A stretch of DNA of 63,077 nucleotides, counting the filler, from Octopus bimaculoides (taxonomy: Eukaryota): NCBI RefSeq assembly GCF_001194135.2. It is 3 parts of 3 records of this genome, joined end to end, with 100 filler letters (N's around TTAATTAATTAA, not from the genome) between each part and the next. Parts side by side here need not be neighbours in the genome. Positions count along the whole stretch, not along the records: positions 24,172 to 52,722 come from NC_068993.1; positions 52,823 to 63,077 come from NC_068996.1; 1 more part is not named here. One strand, 5' to 3'. The position numbers and the translations under genes are program-made. Below, piece by piece: positions 50,563-62,441 of the stretch. Below the pieces are notes generated by a model. That model searched no databases. It was not told the DNA's origin and saw only the letters and a list, made by a program, of their open reading frames with translations. Positions within the stretch are counted from its first letter, which is position 1. Each line of letters starts with the position of its first letter.

Positions 50563-51000
50563 AAGAACGAGACCTCCGGAGGTATGCTGTGACTGACAAG
50601 ACCCGGCAAATAAAGTGAGTCCACAGCTGTAGCCTACACCAGTGTCACATAACCAGCCCCCTCAAAAGTACCTTGGATCGTAGGGTGATATGCCGTGCTT
50701 GAGGAGACCTATTGAGTCAAGTACCTCAACATCAGCAATATCAAAATCAAATCAAATGGAAATTGTAGTTGTGAGCCTCATGCCAGTAGCACGTAAAAAG
50801 CACCATCCGAACATGGCCGATGCCAGTGCCACCTTGACTGCCTTCCGTGCTGTTGTATATATGTGTGTGTGTGTGTACATATATATAAACAGACTTGTGC
50901 ATTCTGCATATGTTATATACATATCTATCCAAACATGATCAATACCAGGTTCGCCTGACAAGCTTCTGCGCCAGCGGCATGTAAAAAGCACCCACTACAC
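50563..51000 (+). mobile_element. Short RTE derivative (3'-incomplete)
   Basis: aaaagaacgagacctccggaggtatgctgtgac...gtaaaaagcacc units. Confidence 0.8.
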
Positions 51001-51361
51001 TGTACTGCTTTGGTTAGCAACTTTGGCCCTCCGCAAAATCTCATTTTCTTATTTAATTTGCTTTGCGGGAGCAACTGTTTTGTCAAAGGTGTATCCTGTC
51101 ATGTATTGCTCGAAATACGGAGTAGAAAATCAGCCGACATTTGATGAAGGGTCGTTCTTTATGTTGCTAGTCTTGTTTTCCATTTGTTTCTTTCGTTGTT
51201 CATAAAAACTGTTCGTATTCCATGTTTTAGTTTTATGTATTTCATGTTGTTTACATTCTGTGACGTCCTGTGCCCATACATGCATATGTACATACATATA
51301 TATGTAAGTATGTACATATATGTATGTCTATATGCACATATATATATATTATTTATATTAT

Positions 51362-51408
<47 letters not shown>

Positions 51409-51717
51409 ATATATAGTGAGTTCAAAAATATCTATATATACATATATATACAATATATACAATTCAGGTAGATNNNNNNNNNNNNNNNNNNNNNNNNNNN
51501 NNNNNNNNNNNNNNNNNNNNNNNNNNNNNNNNNNNNNNNNNNNNNNNNNNNNNNNNNNNNNNNNNNNNNNNNNNNNNNNNNNNNNNNNNNNNNNNNNNNN
51601 NNNNNNNNNNNNNNNNNNNNNNNNNNNNNNNNNNNNNNNNNNNNNNNNNNNNNNNNNNNNNNNNNNNNNNNNNNNNATATATATATATATATATAAATAT
51701 ACATACACATACATATA

Positions 51718-52407
51718 CAGGGTGTAGTGAATATATTATCATCCAAGTTTAAGTTGGTGAATGCTACCATAATCCTTGACTTCAGTTCATCTTTAGTATT
51801 ACAAGAAGCTTTGTTGGTTTCTCCTTCTCTCCCTCAACTGCACCCCACACATAATATTCAAGGGGGTTGCAGTCTGGGGAGTTAGGTGGCCAGATGTTAG
51901 GGGTTATGTGGTAGCAGAAATTGTCTGTCAGTCATGAATGGGTTCTCCTGCATGTATGGCATGGTGCAGAGTCCTGTTGCCAGAGATAGGGCAGCAGTAT
52001 CTTCCCCAGGCACTTGAAGTAGGCCTCTGTGTTGAGTGTGAAGCTGTGTGTGAAGATAAATGGCGGCATAATGTTGTCATCACTTGTAGTCACTCCAAAC
52101 ACCATAAAAATCACTGGATGTTTGATTTTTATCCCTCTCAGTACCTGTCCTCAGATTACACTGTCCTGAGATTGACACTGAAAACACTCAGAAATTTTCG
52201 TATTGCAGCATCCGGTGCAAATGGCAAGCTGTACAGCATGTCATTTCCAAATTTTTGGCAAGTGAATTGTGTCATGGTGCTGTTTTTTCTCACAGACGGT
52301 GCCCAACTGACTCTTCTATACTGTGTAGCCCACAAAATCCAAAACAAACAATGCACACATGTGAAATAAAAAATAAAAAACCGTGACAATTTATCCATTG
52401 CACCATG
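51718..52407 (-). mobile_element. Internally deleted maT/DD37D-like element
   Basis: ta|cagggtg...ttgcaccatg|ta. ORF 51932-52114 IFMVFGVTTSDDNIMPPF. Confidence 0.8.
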
Positions 52408-52497
52408 TACATATATATATATATATATACATATGTGAGTGTGTGTGTGCGTGTGTGTGTGCATGTGTCTGCATGTGCTGGAGTATGTGTGTGTATG

Positions 52498-52537
<40 letters not shown>

Positions 52538-52589
52538 ATATATAGTGAGTTCAAAAATATCTATATATACATATATATACAATATATAC

Positions 52590-52722
52590 AATTCAGGTAG
52601 ATGGCCCTGCTCAGTATGTAGAAAAGGAGTAGGTAGTAACTCTATAAGATGTACCCGGTGCAAGCTATGGACACATAAGAGGTGCAGCAACATCAAAGGC
52701 AGGTTAACTAGCAAGTTAGTTT
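52590..52722 (+). mobile_element. RTE LINE fragment (Cys-rich segment)
   Basis: SGRWPCSVCRKGVGSNSIRCTRCKLWTHKRCSNIKGRLT. Confidence 0.8.
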
Positions 52723-52822
52723 NNNNNNNNNNNNNNNNNNNNNNNNNNNNNNNNNNNNNNNNNNNNTTAATTAATTAANNNNNNNNNNNNNNNNNNNNNN
52801 NNNNNNNNNNNNNNNNNNNNNN
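52723..52822. other. Artificial scaffold linker: 44 N + TTAATTAATTAA + 44 N
   Basis: Identical to 24072-24171. Confidence 0.9.
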
Positions 52823-53145
52823 TAAATTGATTCGCTCCCTAATTAGTTGGGCTATGACCCTCTCCGTGACTTTCATTACCTGATCTAAAAGCTTGATATC
52901 TCTGTAATTATTTGTATCTAAAGCATCACCTTTACCTTTGTAGCAGTTGACTATGGTGCTGCTACACCAGTCATTGGGTATGACTCCTTCGTGTATCACC
53001 TGGTTTGTAATACAAGTGATTAGGCTATAGCCGACACTGCCAGATATTTTGAGCATCTCTGCAGTGATTCTTGATGGGCCGGGGGCTTTCCTTGTCTTCA
53101 TACTCTTAATTGCTTTATCTACCATGGCACTGTCAGCTCGGATAG
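52823..53145 (-). mobile_element. RTE LINE RT fragment
   Basis: ORF 52775-53215 VDKAIKSMKTRKAPGPSRITAEMLK...; near-identical to 1-345. Confidence 0.9.
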
Positions 53146-53179
53146 GATATATATATATACATATATATGCATGTATATA

Positions 53180-53219
<40 letters not shown>

Positions 53220-53385
53220 CATCATCATCATTAAATGTCCATTTTCCATGCTGGCATGGGTTGGACAGTTTGACTGAAAACTAGTAAGATGGGGAGCTGC
53301 ACCAGGTTCTAATCTGATTTGGCAAGGTTTCCTTGGCTAGATCCCCTTTTTAACACCAGCCACTTCAAGAGTGTGCCATGTGTAC

Positions 53386-53456
<71 letters not shown>

Positions 53457-53512
53457 TATATATATGTATGTATGTATGTATGTATATATATATATATATA
53501 TTATATATAAGC

Positions 53513-53655
53513 AGACAGAAAATGGAGAAATATTGATGAACAACAATTTGCTTTACATCAGTTATTATTTATTAATTCAATACAAATTAGACTGAATTAA
53601 TAAATAATTGATATAAGGCAATTATTGTTCATCGATATTTCTCCATTTTCTGTCT
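53513..53655. repeat. About 65-bp-arm inverted repeat (hairpin)
   Basis: agacagaaaatggagaaatattgatgaacaa...attaattca and tgaattaat...ttgttcatcgatatttctccattttctgtct. Confidence 0.9.
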
Positions 53656-54458
53656 TCTTTAAGCCTTGATTCTGGATAAACCCATGTTTATCCTTATCTT
53701 TACCTATAATTTATGAGCATAATATGTTTGCATACGTATGCCCATGGTTAAACATAGGTAATATACCGGTGGTATAATGAATACTTCTATCCCTTAGTTG
53801 GTTATTTTAACCTCTAACTCAGCTAACCTTATATATATTTATATATATGTATGAAAATGGAACAAAAATGCACTAGAAGGCATTAAAACGTTCGGACAGA
53901 TAGACGACACAAAGGCGGACAAGAGAAACAACAATTAGAAGGACAGGCAAAAAAAAAGACATGTCATTCTTGGCTTTCTTTCTTCAGTCAAAGTACCAGA
54001 AGTCACAACCATTATGGGCAGTTACACTTGAGATGGTTCGATCTGGGCTTCTTTCAGTTTCCATCTACCATATCTACTTGTAAGGCTATAGTAGAAGATA
54101 CTCATGTAAGGTACCATACATTAGGACTGAACCCAGAATCATGTGGCTGGGAAGCAAATTTCTTACTACACAACTACATCTGTGACTATGTTGTATATGT
54201 AATTAAAACATCATCTCGTCAGCCTGTTGAGAGTCATTAAATTATTTTAGTGCTATAGTTTCCATGGTCAGCCACTAAAAGACAGATGGATTTTTGAATA
54301 CCTGAGGATAATTCTGTTCATTTTATTTTTGCATTGTTAGTGGATTTGGTAGGTAGAAACTGAAAAAAACCTATCGTATACACAGGCTGTATTGTAAGGA
54401 GTTTGTTTCCCGACTACATGATTCCAGGTTCACTCTCACTATATAACAGCTTTGGCAG

Positions 54459-54489
<31 letters not shown>

Positions 54490-55111
54490 TGTTTGTGTGT
54501 GTGTGTGTTTGTTTATTTGTGTTTGTGCACACACACGTGCCTGTTTGCATGTGTATATGTATGTTTGTGTGTGTGTGTGTGTGCATATGTATGTGTGTGT
54601 GTTTATGTCAGTGTTTGTCCACCATCACCACTACCACTACCTGACAACCAGTGTTGGTATCCTTACATTCCCATAACTTAGCGGTTTGCCAAAAGAGACC
54701 TATAAAATAAATATCAGGCTTGAAATGGAATAAGTGCTGTGGTCCATTCATTTGACTAAAATTCCCCAAGGTGATGCCCCAGCTTGGCCGCAGTCTAATG
54801 ACTGAAACAAGTAAAGGATAGAATATATGTATATATGTATATATTACTCTTTTACATATTTCAGTCATTTGACTGTGGCCATGCTGGAGCACCGCCTTTA
54901 GTCAAAGAAATTGACCCCAGAACTTCTTCTTTATAAGCCTAGTACTTATTCTATCGGTCCCTTTTGCTGAACTGGTAAGTTTCAAGGACATAAACACATC
55001 AACATCGGTTATCAAGTAATGGAGTGGGGGGGACAAATACTGATGCAAAGACACACATAAATATATATACATATATATACACGATGGGCTTCTTTCAGTT
55101 ACTGTCTACCA

Positions 55112-55578
55112 AGTCCACTCACTTTCTCAGTCCGAACCCCATTCTGATATCAGCACCGAAGGTATACACCGTATCAATGAGGGAACTGACTTGGGCTTCA
55201 TCTTTACCATAAAGTTTGAGGTCATCCATGACTAACAAATGGTTGAGTTTTTGTTGGTGGCTTTTGAATACATACCCAGCTTTTGCTTTCCTTAGAATCA
55301 GTGTTAGTGGTACCAAGCACAGTACAAAGATCAGTTGGGACAGGCAGTCCCCTTGGAAGATGCCCCTCCTAATTTCTACTGTCCCTAAACGTCTTCCCTA
55401 TGCTGTGAGTTCCGTCCTCCAATTCGCCATACTTTTTCCAAGCAATCGTTCAACATTCGATGCAATACAAAATAGGTTCATACACTCCATAATCCAAAAA
55501 TGTGGGATCATATCGTACGCCTTACGATAGTCAATCCATGACATAGCAAATTACTTTTCCTCTTCTTGCAGTCTCATT
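55112..55578 (-). mobile_element. R4/Dong-like (RLE) non-LTR retrotransposon RT fragment
   Basis: GYVFKSHQQKLNHLLVMDDLKLYGKDEAQV...DIRMGFGLRK, and upstream WIDYRKAYDMIPHFWI. Bordered by (ATT)n. Confidence 0.8.
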
Positions 55579-55631
55579 CATTATTATTATTATTATTATC
55601 ATTATTATCATTATTATCATTATTATTATTA

Positions 55632-55685
<54 letters not shown>

Positions 55686-55686
<1 letters not shown>

Positions 55687-56022
55687 GATGCAATTGCAAT
55701 AGATATTTTATCGTTTGAACGATATTTCGACAGCAAGCCTGTCTTTGTCGAGTTCAAAGTAAAAAGTGATAAAAGTTCAAAATTATAGAAATTCAAATCC
55801 AAAATATGAACGAGAGTAACCAGAGTCTGTATGTTGGTGGAATGGCATCATCAGTTTTTTGCTTGAAAACTGATGATGTCATTTCATCAACATGTGGATG
55901 GTAGTTGCTCTTGTTCATACTTTAGATTTGAATTTTTATCACTTTTTATTTTTAACTCGACAAAGACAGGCTTGCAGTCAAAATATCGTTCAACCATTAA
56001 AATATATATTGCAATTGCATTG
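55686..56022. mobile_element. Foldback element with about 165-bp arms, set between (ATT)n tracts
   Basis: cgatgcaattgc...gcaagcctgtctttgtcgagtt...catcatcagtttt | aaaactgatgatg...aactcgacaaagacaggcttgc...gcaattgcattg. Confidence 0.85.
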
Positions 56023-56077
56023 TGCTCTTCGTCATGCCTGTTTACCTTTGAGAAGAGTTATGTCAATCCTTTTAAAA

Positions 56078-56129
<52 letters not shown>

Positions 56130-57252
56130 GTTCAGTAGTTTTATTTTTATAACGTGCTTTCACTTCACTACCGAGCGCAGCTCTGTGCGCCTTGGGTATG
56201 TGCTGTGGTTTGCTGTGGTGCTCTTATGGTTACTATATTGAAAGTGTTTTGCATAGGATGTGTGCAGTACCCAGTAGTGCAATTTTCTGTATGTTATATA
56301 TATTTGTAAGTCCTGGTGTTTTTGTTATGTATTTGTCTGAATATTTTTTTATTATACCTAAGGCACCTACTGTGATAGGAATTGTTTCTGTTTTTAGATT
56401 CCACATTCGAGTTATCTCTATTTCCAGGTCTNNNNNNNNNNNNNNNNNNNNNNNNNNNNNNNNNNNNNNNNNNNNNNNNNNNNNNNNNNNNNNNNNNNNN
56501 NNNNNNNNNNNNNNNNNNNNNNNNNNNNNNNNNNNNNNNNNNNNNNNNNNNNNNNNNNNNNNNNNNNNNNNNNNNNNNNNNNNNNNNNNNNNNNNNNNNN
56601 NNNNNNNNNNNNNNNNNNNNNNNNNNNNNNNNNNNNNNNNNNNNNNNNNNNNNNNNNNNNNNNNNNNNNNNNNNNNNNNNNNNNNNNNNNNNNNNNNNNN
56701 NNNNNNNNNNNNNNNNNNNNNNNNNNNNNNNNNNNNNNNNNNNNNNNNNNNNNNNNNNNNNNNNNNNNNNNNNNNNNNNNNNNNNNNNNNNNNNNNNNNN
56801 NNNNNNNNNNNNNNNNNNNNNNNNNNNNNNNNNNNNNNNNNNNNNNNNNNNNNNNNNNNNNNNNNNNNNNNNNNNNNNNNNNNNNNNNNNNNNNNNNNNN
56901 NNNNNNNNNNNNNNNNNNNNNNNNNNNNNNNNNNNNNNNNNNNNNNNNNNNNNNNNNNNNNNNNNNNNNNNNNNNNNNNNNNNNNNNNNNNNNNNNNNNN
57001 NNNNNNNNNNNNNNNNNNNNNNNNNNNNNNNNNNNNNNNNNNNNNNNNNNNNNNNNNNNNNNNNNNNNGAAACATCAATTAGAAGGCATTTTTTTCCTTC
57101 ATGATCTTTGATAACTATATCTGGTCTATTTGCCTTAATTTCTCTATCTGTGTGTATTGGCATATCCCAGAGTATGGTTGCTTTCTCGTTTCGCCTTAAT
57201 TTCTCTATCTGTGTGTATTGGCATATCCCAGAGTATGGTTGCTTTCTCGTTT
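56130..57252 (-). mobile_element. R4/Dong-like element 3' end (RLE endonuclease), partly in gap
   Basis: ILWDMPIHTDREIKANRPDIVIKDHEGKKCLLIDV and DLEIEITRMWNLKTETIPITVGALG...QKIALLGTAHIL. (ATT)n on both sides; about 61-bp tandem duplication at 57130-57252. Confidence 0.85.
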
Positions 57253-57253
57253 C

Positions 57254-57287
<34 letters not shown>

Positions 57288-57868
57288 GTATTACTATTAT
57301 TATTATTATTACTACTAGGGTGATGATGATGATGAGACCTATGGAAATTCCACAGAACAAAAAGATTAAGAGAAGTTATTTAAGTGAGAAAGGTTTATTT
57401 TTATTTTTATTTTGCTAAGTTATTTTACTTCCAGTTACAATAATATATTTTATGATTTAAAAATTTCCGTCTGATAAGCATTTTATATTTCCCTCTCTCT
57501 CTCTCTCGACTTCTTCAACAAACTTTTTAACAATGTAATTTCCCTCTTCATGTCTCTAACCTTTCTCTCTTTCTCTGCACCTTTCACTTCCACTAACCAC
57601 ATGAGTGACAGCATAATGCATCAACTGGCTACATACTCTCTTACTCACTCTCACATGCCCTCTTCCTCTATCTCACAAACTAAAGCATAAAATGTGAACA
57701 AACAGGTAGAAGAATAATATTATAGATTTAGTTCAATAAAAAAAAATACTTTTCACCACCACCACCACCACCACCACCACCACCACCAACACCACCAACA
57801 CCATTAACACAAACACCATTAACACATACACCACCACTCTACTCTGAGAATGCAAATGTTACCTGCAG

Positions 57869-57954
<86 letters not shown>
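57869..57954. repeat. (CT)n microsatellite
   Basis: Read directly. Confidence 0.95.
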
Positions 57955-57957
<3 letters not shown>

Positions 57958-58059
57958 TGTAACTACCTCCCCTTCCATCTCTGTCTATCTGCCTTCCTTT
58001 AATCTCACAATGAGAACATCACCCTCTGCTAAATATTGTGTCCTAAACATATCTCATTC

Positions 58060-58690
58060 TCTTTACTTTTCCCTCTGCTAGCCTAATAAAAATTCTAAGT
58101 ATGACCTGGTTGACCCACTGTAATTTTGCCAAGTCCTCATTGGTGTATTTGGGAATTTGAAGCAAAGCTGGGAATGCCTGAGAAGGTTAGTGAGGTTTTT
58201 GCACCCCGCTTTCTTTCTATCCACCACTCCCACATAATTTGTGCTTGTGTCTAAGATCTTGTTCCAGTCACCTACTAACACTAATGAGCAAGTTGTTCCT
58301 AGGAAAGTCTCTAGATGTCTAAAGAAATCCAGCCATTTGTCTCCTATTGGAGCATAAACTGTTACTATTCTGAAGGTTTCATCATTGCCTTCCTTGCTGC
58401 TTATGTCCCAAACCACCATAATACTGATCAGGTCTAGGTAAATCATCCTCACCTACATGTCATGGCCTTTCTGAAACAGCACCACAATGCCATTTGATCC
58501 AGGCCAACCGGAGGAGACATAAACCTCATCACCCAGAAGTAAAGTGAGCGATTTCATTTTGGAAATCCTGGTTTCAATAATGGCAACTGCATACAGATGT
58601 AGTAACCTGAGGTTGTTGAGCAGGTCATCTTGTTTCTATTTTGTACTCAGGCCACAAGCATTTACACAACCTATTCCAGGAGGAGAGAAG
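58060..58690 (-). mobile_element. L1/Tx1-like LINE AP-endonuclease fragment
   Basis: ORF 58078-58452 FRIVTVYAPIGDKWLDFFRHL...LVLVGDWNKILD, with upstream CVNACGL and AIIETR-like motifs. Confidence 0.8.
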
Positions 58691-59225
58691 AAACAAAAAA
58701 AAAATGTTAGTCATTTACCCTAGTCTTCTGTTGATCTTTTGTTTTGGTGTAAAGGATGGGCTACAGCAAATATTCTGCTCAATACCACAGATTTGCTTGT
58801 CAGTGGCTTGACATAAACCAGTTGAGCATGTCCCTTGGTGGCTGACGATATGTGCATCTCTGATCATGAGCAGAAGTGGTGTGGGAAATCATAGTTTGAA
58901 TAATTCACCTCTGGAAACATGAGTGTTTTCTTCATCATCCTTATAAACAATCCGTATTTAGGGACCTTTTGAGCAGGATGGGCTACTCAACTTGAAGAAA
59001 ATTCTGATTGGGCCCCACCTGCAAGGTCATGTGCTGTTTATCTTGATATGAGATCTCCATGTCACACAATTATGGTTGTGATGCATGTGCCTGGTGTACC
59101 CTTCCTTACTAGATGGGTAGTCATGATGGGTAGTCATGATGGGTGTATTGTCCTTTGTACATTTGTACCCCAGTGTTGCTTTGATGGCATGTGCTGCTCA
59201 CTCATTCAATAATGATGGTGATGAC

Positions 59226-59296
<71 letters not shown>

Positions 59297-59744
59297 TTTC
59301 TTTATTAACCACAAGGGTTTACATTAAGAAAAACATTAAGGACAGCACAGGACAAAACAAAGTATGTGTGTGGTTTATGTGTGTGGTTTGTGTGTGAGTC
59401 AGCCACGTAGCCAGCCGATTGCAACTGGGAGTGCTATCTTGATAGCTGGGGGTGCTGAACAGGGGTACGGACAAAAGCCCCTACTCAAAGTGTGAAAGTG
59501 GACAAAAGCCCCATGCTTATATTTTATATTATTTTTTCATTTTTTTTTTTTTTCACATTTCTGATATATTTAATTTTTATTTTCATTTTACTTGTTGCAA
59601 TCATTAAACTGAGGCCATGCTGGGGCATCACCTCAAAAAATTTTTAGTTGAATATATCGACTCCAATATTTTTTTAAATGATTTTCAACAAGCACATAGT
59701 TAAGCCTAAAAGGTCTTTCTACATGCTAGAGATGACAGCCAAAT

Positions 59745-60153
59745 CTTTAAACATTATTTTTATATAATTTCAAATAAACATCGACCACGAGGCTGACAGT
59801 GTGTCTTCTCAACAATTCGATGATTTCATTTTGCATTGCTGCTGAGGTGTAGGTCGCATCTTTTGGAATTGTTCGGTTACATTCTATTAGTTTTGAGTCC
59901 TTCTCTAATGTGTACTGGAATAATTTCATAAAAAGACCACAAGGTTGCATATCATCTTCCGAATAAAGATCCTGAAAAGTTTCATTTTCGTTTCNNNNNN
60001 NNNNNNNNNNNNNNNNNNNNNNNNNNNNNNNNNNNNNNNNNNNNNNNNNNNNNNNNNNNNNNNNNNNNNNNNNNNNNNNNNNNNNNNNNNNNNNNNNNNN
60101 NNNNNNNNNNNNNNNNNNNNNNNNNNNNNNNNNNNNNNNNNNNNNNNNNNNNN

Positions 60154-60186
<33 letters not shown>

Positions 60187-61010
60187 ATATCTTGTGTATC
60201 TGTGTTTGTCTCTCCAACATCGCTTGACAATCGATGCTGGTGTGTTTAGGTCCCCGTAACTTAGCGGTTCGGCAAAAAGAGACCGTTAGAATAAGTACTA
60301 GGCTTACAAAAAATAAGTCCTACAGGCAATTTGATTCGACTAAAGGCGGTGCTCCAGCATGGCCGCAGTCAAATGACTGAAACAAGTAAAAGAATAAAAG
60401 AAAAGAAAGAATATCAACAATGGAACTGATATAATAACGGTTTTTGCTCAACTGATCATTTTGCAAGATTGAAGACACAGATGTTGTTGTGGGTAAACGC
60501 TGTTGGTGCTCCTTCCATGTTACCATAGCTTGGATATGGGTTGCAGAGTTTGTGTGCTTATTTAAACCGTTGTTTTTTTTTGTTTTGCATGATGCCAATT
60601 AGAATATCCATTTTTAATAAAACAAGTATCAGCTTAAAGCAGAAGCATTAAAGTGCCAACAAGCAAAACAAAACAAAGCTTTCTTTGAAAGAGAATACTC
60701 TAACCATGGACGACGAGAAGTTACGTCTCTGATTTCTATAAATTTTTGGATCAAACTTTGCTAGAACTGGCTGCTCTGGTTGGCAGTCGATCTGTCCTAG
60801 ATCATCCAATGAGGGTGTCAAAGACTTTGTAAGACCTCCCTTCAACTGCGAAACTTCGTTTGCAATTCTCTTCTGTTTAGCATTATTAGATAAATCAGAT
60901 TGGAAATTCAGCAATGATTGCTTCAGTTCTCTTTTTCGGTAGGGATTCATTATTTTTGGGCACTGATATTTGCAGTAATTAATTCTAAGGTAGAATATCA
61001 TAGTAAGAGT
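59745..61010 (-). mobile_element. hAT (ZMYM1-like/DUF4371-type) transposase remnant interrupted by a SINE at 60185-60410
   Basis: GLNKHTNSATHIQAMVTW...KNRYYISSIVDI and GLFMKLFQY...ATYTSAAMQNEIIELL. Confidence 0.75.
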
Positions 61011-61534
61011 AACAATTTCTTAAAATTTATGTATTTTTAAATTAAACTTGTAAGAGATTTCAATTCCAGCATTTTTTTTTTTTTTCAGTTTCTTCAAAGT
61101 TATGCTTTTTCAGTTAAACACAAAATAATTTCAGTATAAACTTTGTTCAAAGATTAGGAAAATTTATTCAGTGAAAGTTCTCACCTGAAAAATCCTTTCT
61201 GAATGTATAGTTTGGGAAATTTCAAAAATTTTCTTTCCTTTTTTGCAAATAATAATCCTCTCTGACTAGTAGAAATAAAATGACTTTTTAATGTCCGTCT
61301 CTGTTCATATATATACGTGTGTAGGGATGCATTTACTACCATAAATCTCTAACTACAGCAACAATTCTTCACATACTTTTCAACAGCACCACTGCCGCCA
61401 TTGCTACCATGAGCACCACCACAACAACAACAACAACTGATCCATCGTCAGCCACTCTTTAATACAACCAACAGTTGATGACTGGGTCAGCAGCCAATTC
61501 TGTGAAAACAGTTACAACTACACCAAACACTTTA

Positions 61535-61880
61535 GACCAGCGTGATCATTGCCAGAGCAGCTGTCTGGCTTCTGTGCTAGTGGCATGTAAATAGCACTAT
61601 TTGAGCGTGATCATTACCAGCGTTGCCTTACTGGTACTTGTGCCGGTGGCATGTTAGAAAATCATTTGAGCGAGGTCGTTGCCAGTGCCGCTAGACTGGC
61701 TCCTGTGCAGGTGGCACATAAAAAACACCATTTTTAGCGTGGCCATTGCTGGTACTGCGTGACTGGCCCTTCTGCCAGTGGCACATAAAAGTACCCACTA
61801 CACTCACAGAGTGGTTGGTGTTAGGAAGGGCATCAAGCTGTAGAAACTCTGCCAGATCAGATTGGAGCTTGTCTAATAGT
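61535..61880 (+). mobile_element. RTE 3' UTR with four tandem ~65-bp units
   Basis: Four gtg..ggtggca(c/t)(g/a)t(a)aaa units followed by cccactacactc...gaagggcatc. Confidence 0.8.
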
Positions 61881-62441
61881 TTTTGTAAGTTGACTGTAAA
61901 GATCCTTCGTGAGACCACTGCAGANNNNNNNNNNNNNNNNNNNNNNNNNNNNNNNNNNNNNNNNNNNNNNNNNNNNNNNNNNNNNNNNNNNNNNNNNNNN
62001 NNNNNNNNNNNNNNNNNNNNNNNNNNNNNNNNNNNNNNNNNNNNNNNNNNNNNNNNNNNNNNNNNNNNNNNNNNNNNNNNNNNNNNNNNNNNNNNNNNNN
62101 NNNNNNNNNNNNNNNNNNNNNNNNNNNNNNNNNNNNNNNNNNNNNNNNNNNNNNNNNNNNNNNNNNNNNNNNNNNNNNNNNNNNNNNNNNNNNNNNNNNN
62201 NNNNNNNNNNNNNNNNNNNNNNNNNNNNNNNNNNNNNNNNNNNNNNNNNNNNNNNNNNNNNNNNNNNNNNNNNNNNNNNNNNNNNNNNNNNNNNNNNNNN
62301 NNNNNNNNNNNNNNNNNNNNNNNNNNNNNNNNNNNNNNNNNNNNNNNNNNNNNNNNNNNNNNNNNNNNNNNNNNNNNNNNNNNNNNNNNNNNNNNNNNNN
62401 NNNNNNNNNTATATATATATATATGCAATTATGAATATGTG

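Noticed and set aside
51105-51152. CGAAA..GTA...TGATGA permuted hammerhead-like order
   Set aside because: C3 is missing, and stems I and II cannot be paired.
51395-52602. Identical ~80-bp segments at 51395-51473 and 52523-52602
   Set aside because: The first copy ends at a gap edge, so it is most likely assembly redundancy.
53955-53990. Minus-strand CTGAAGA...GAATGACATGTC (hammerhead-like with palindrome)
   Set aside because: GAAA is broken, and stems I and II do not form. At most a very old relic.
59455-59515. Repeated ggacaaaagccc motif suggesting a DNA-transposon terminus
   Set aside because: Only two short copies and no partner terminus; family cannot be supported.
61535-61800. Repeat-spacer-like array suggesting CRISPR
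   Set aside because: Eukaryotic context, no cas genes, degenerate repeats and mutually homologous spacers. It is the tandem unit of the RTE 3' UTR.
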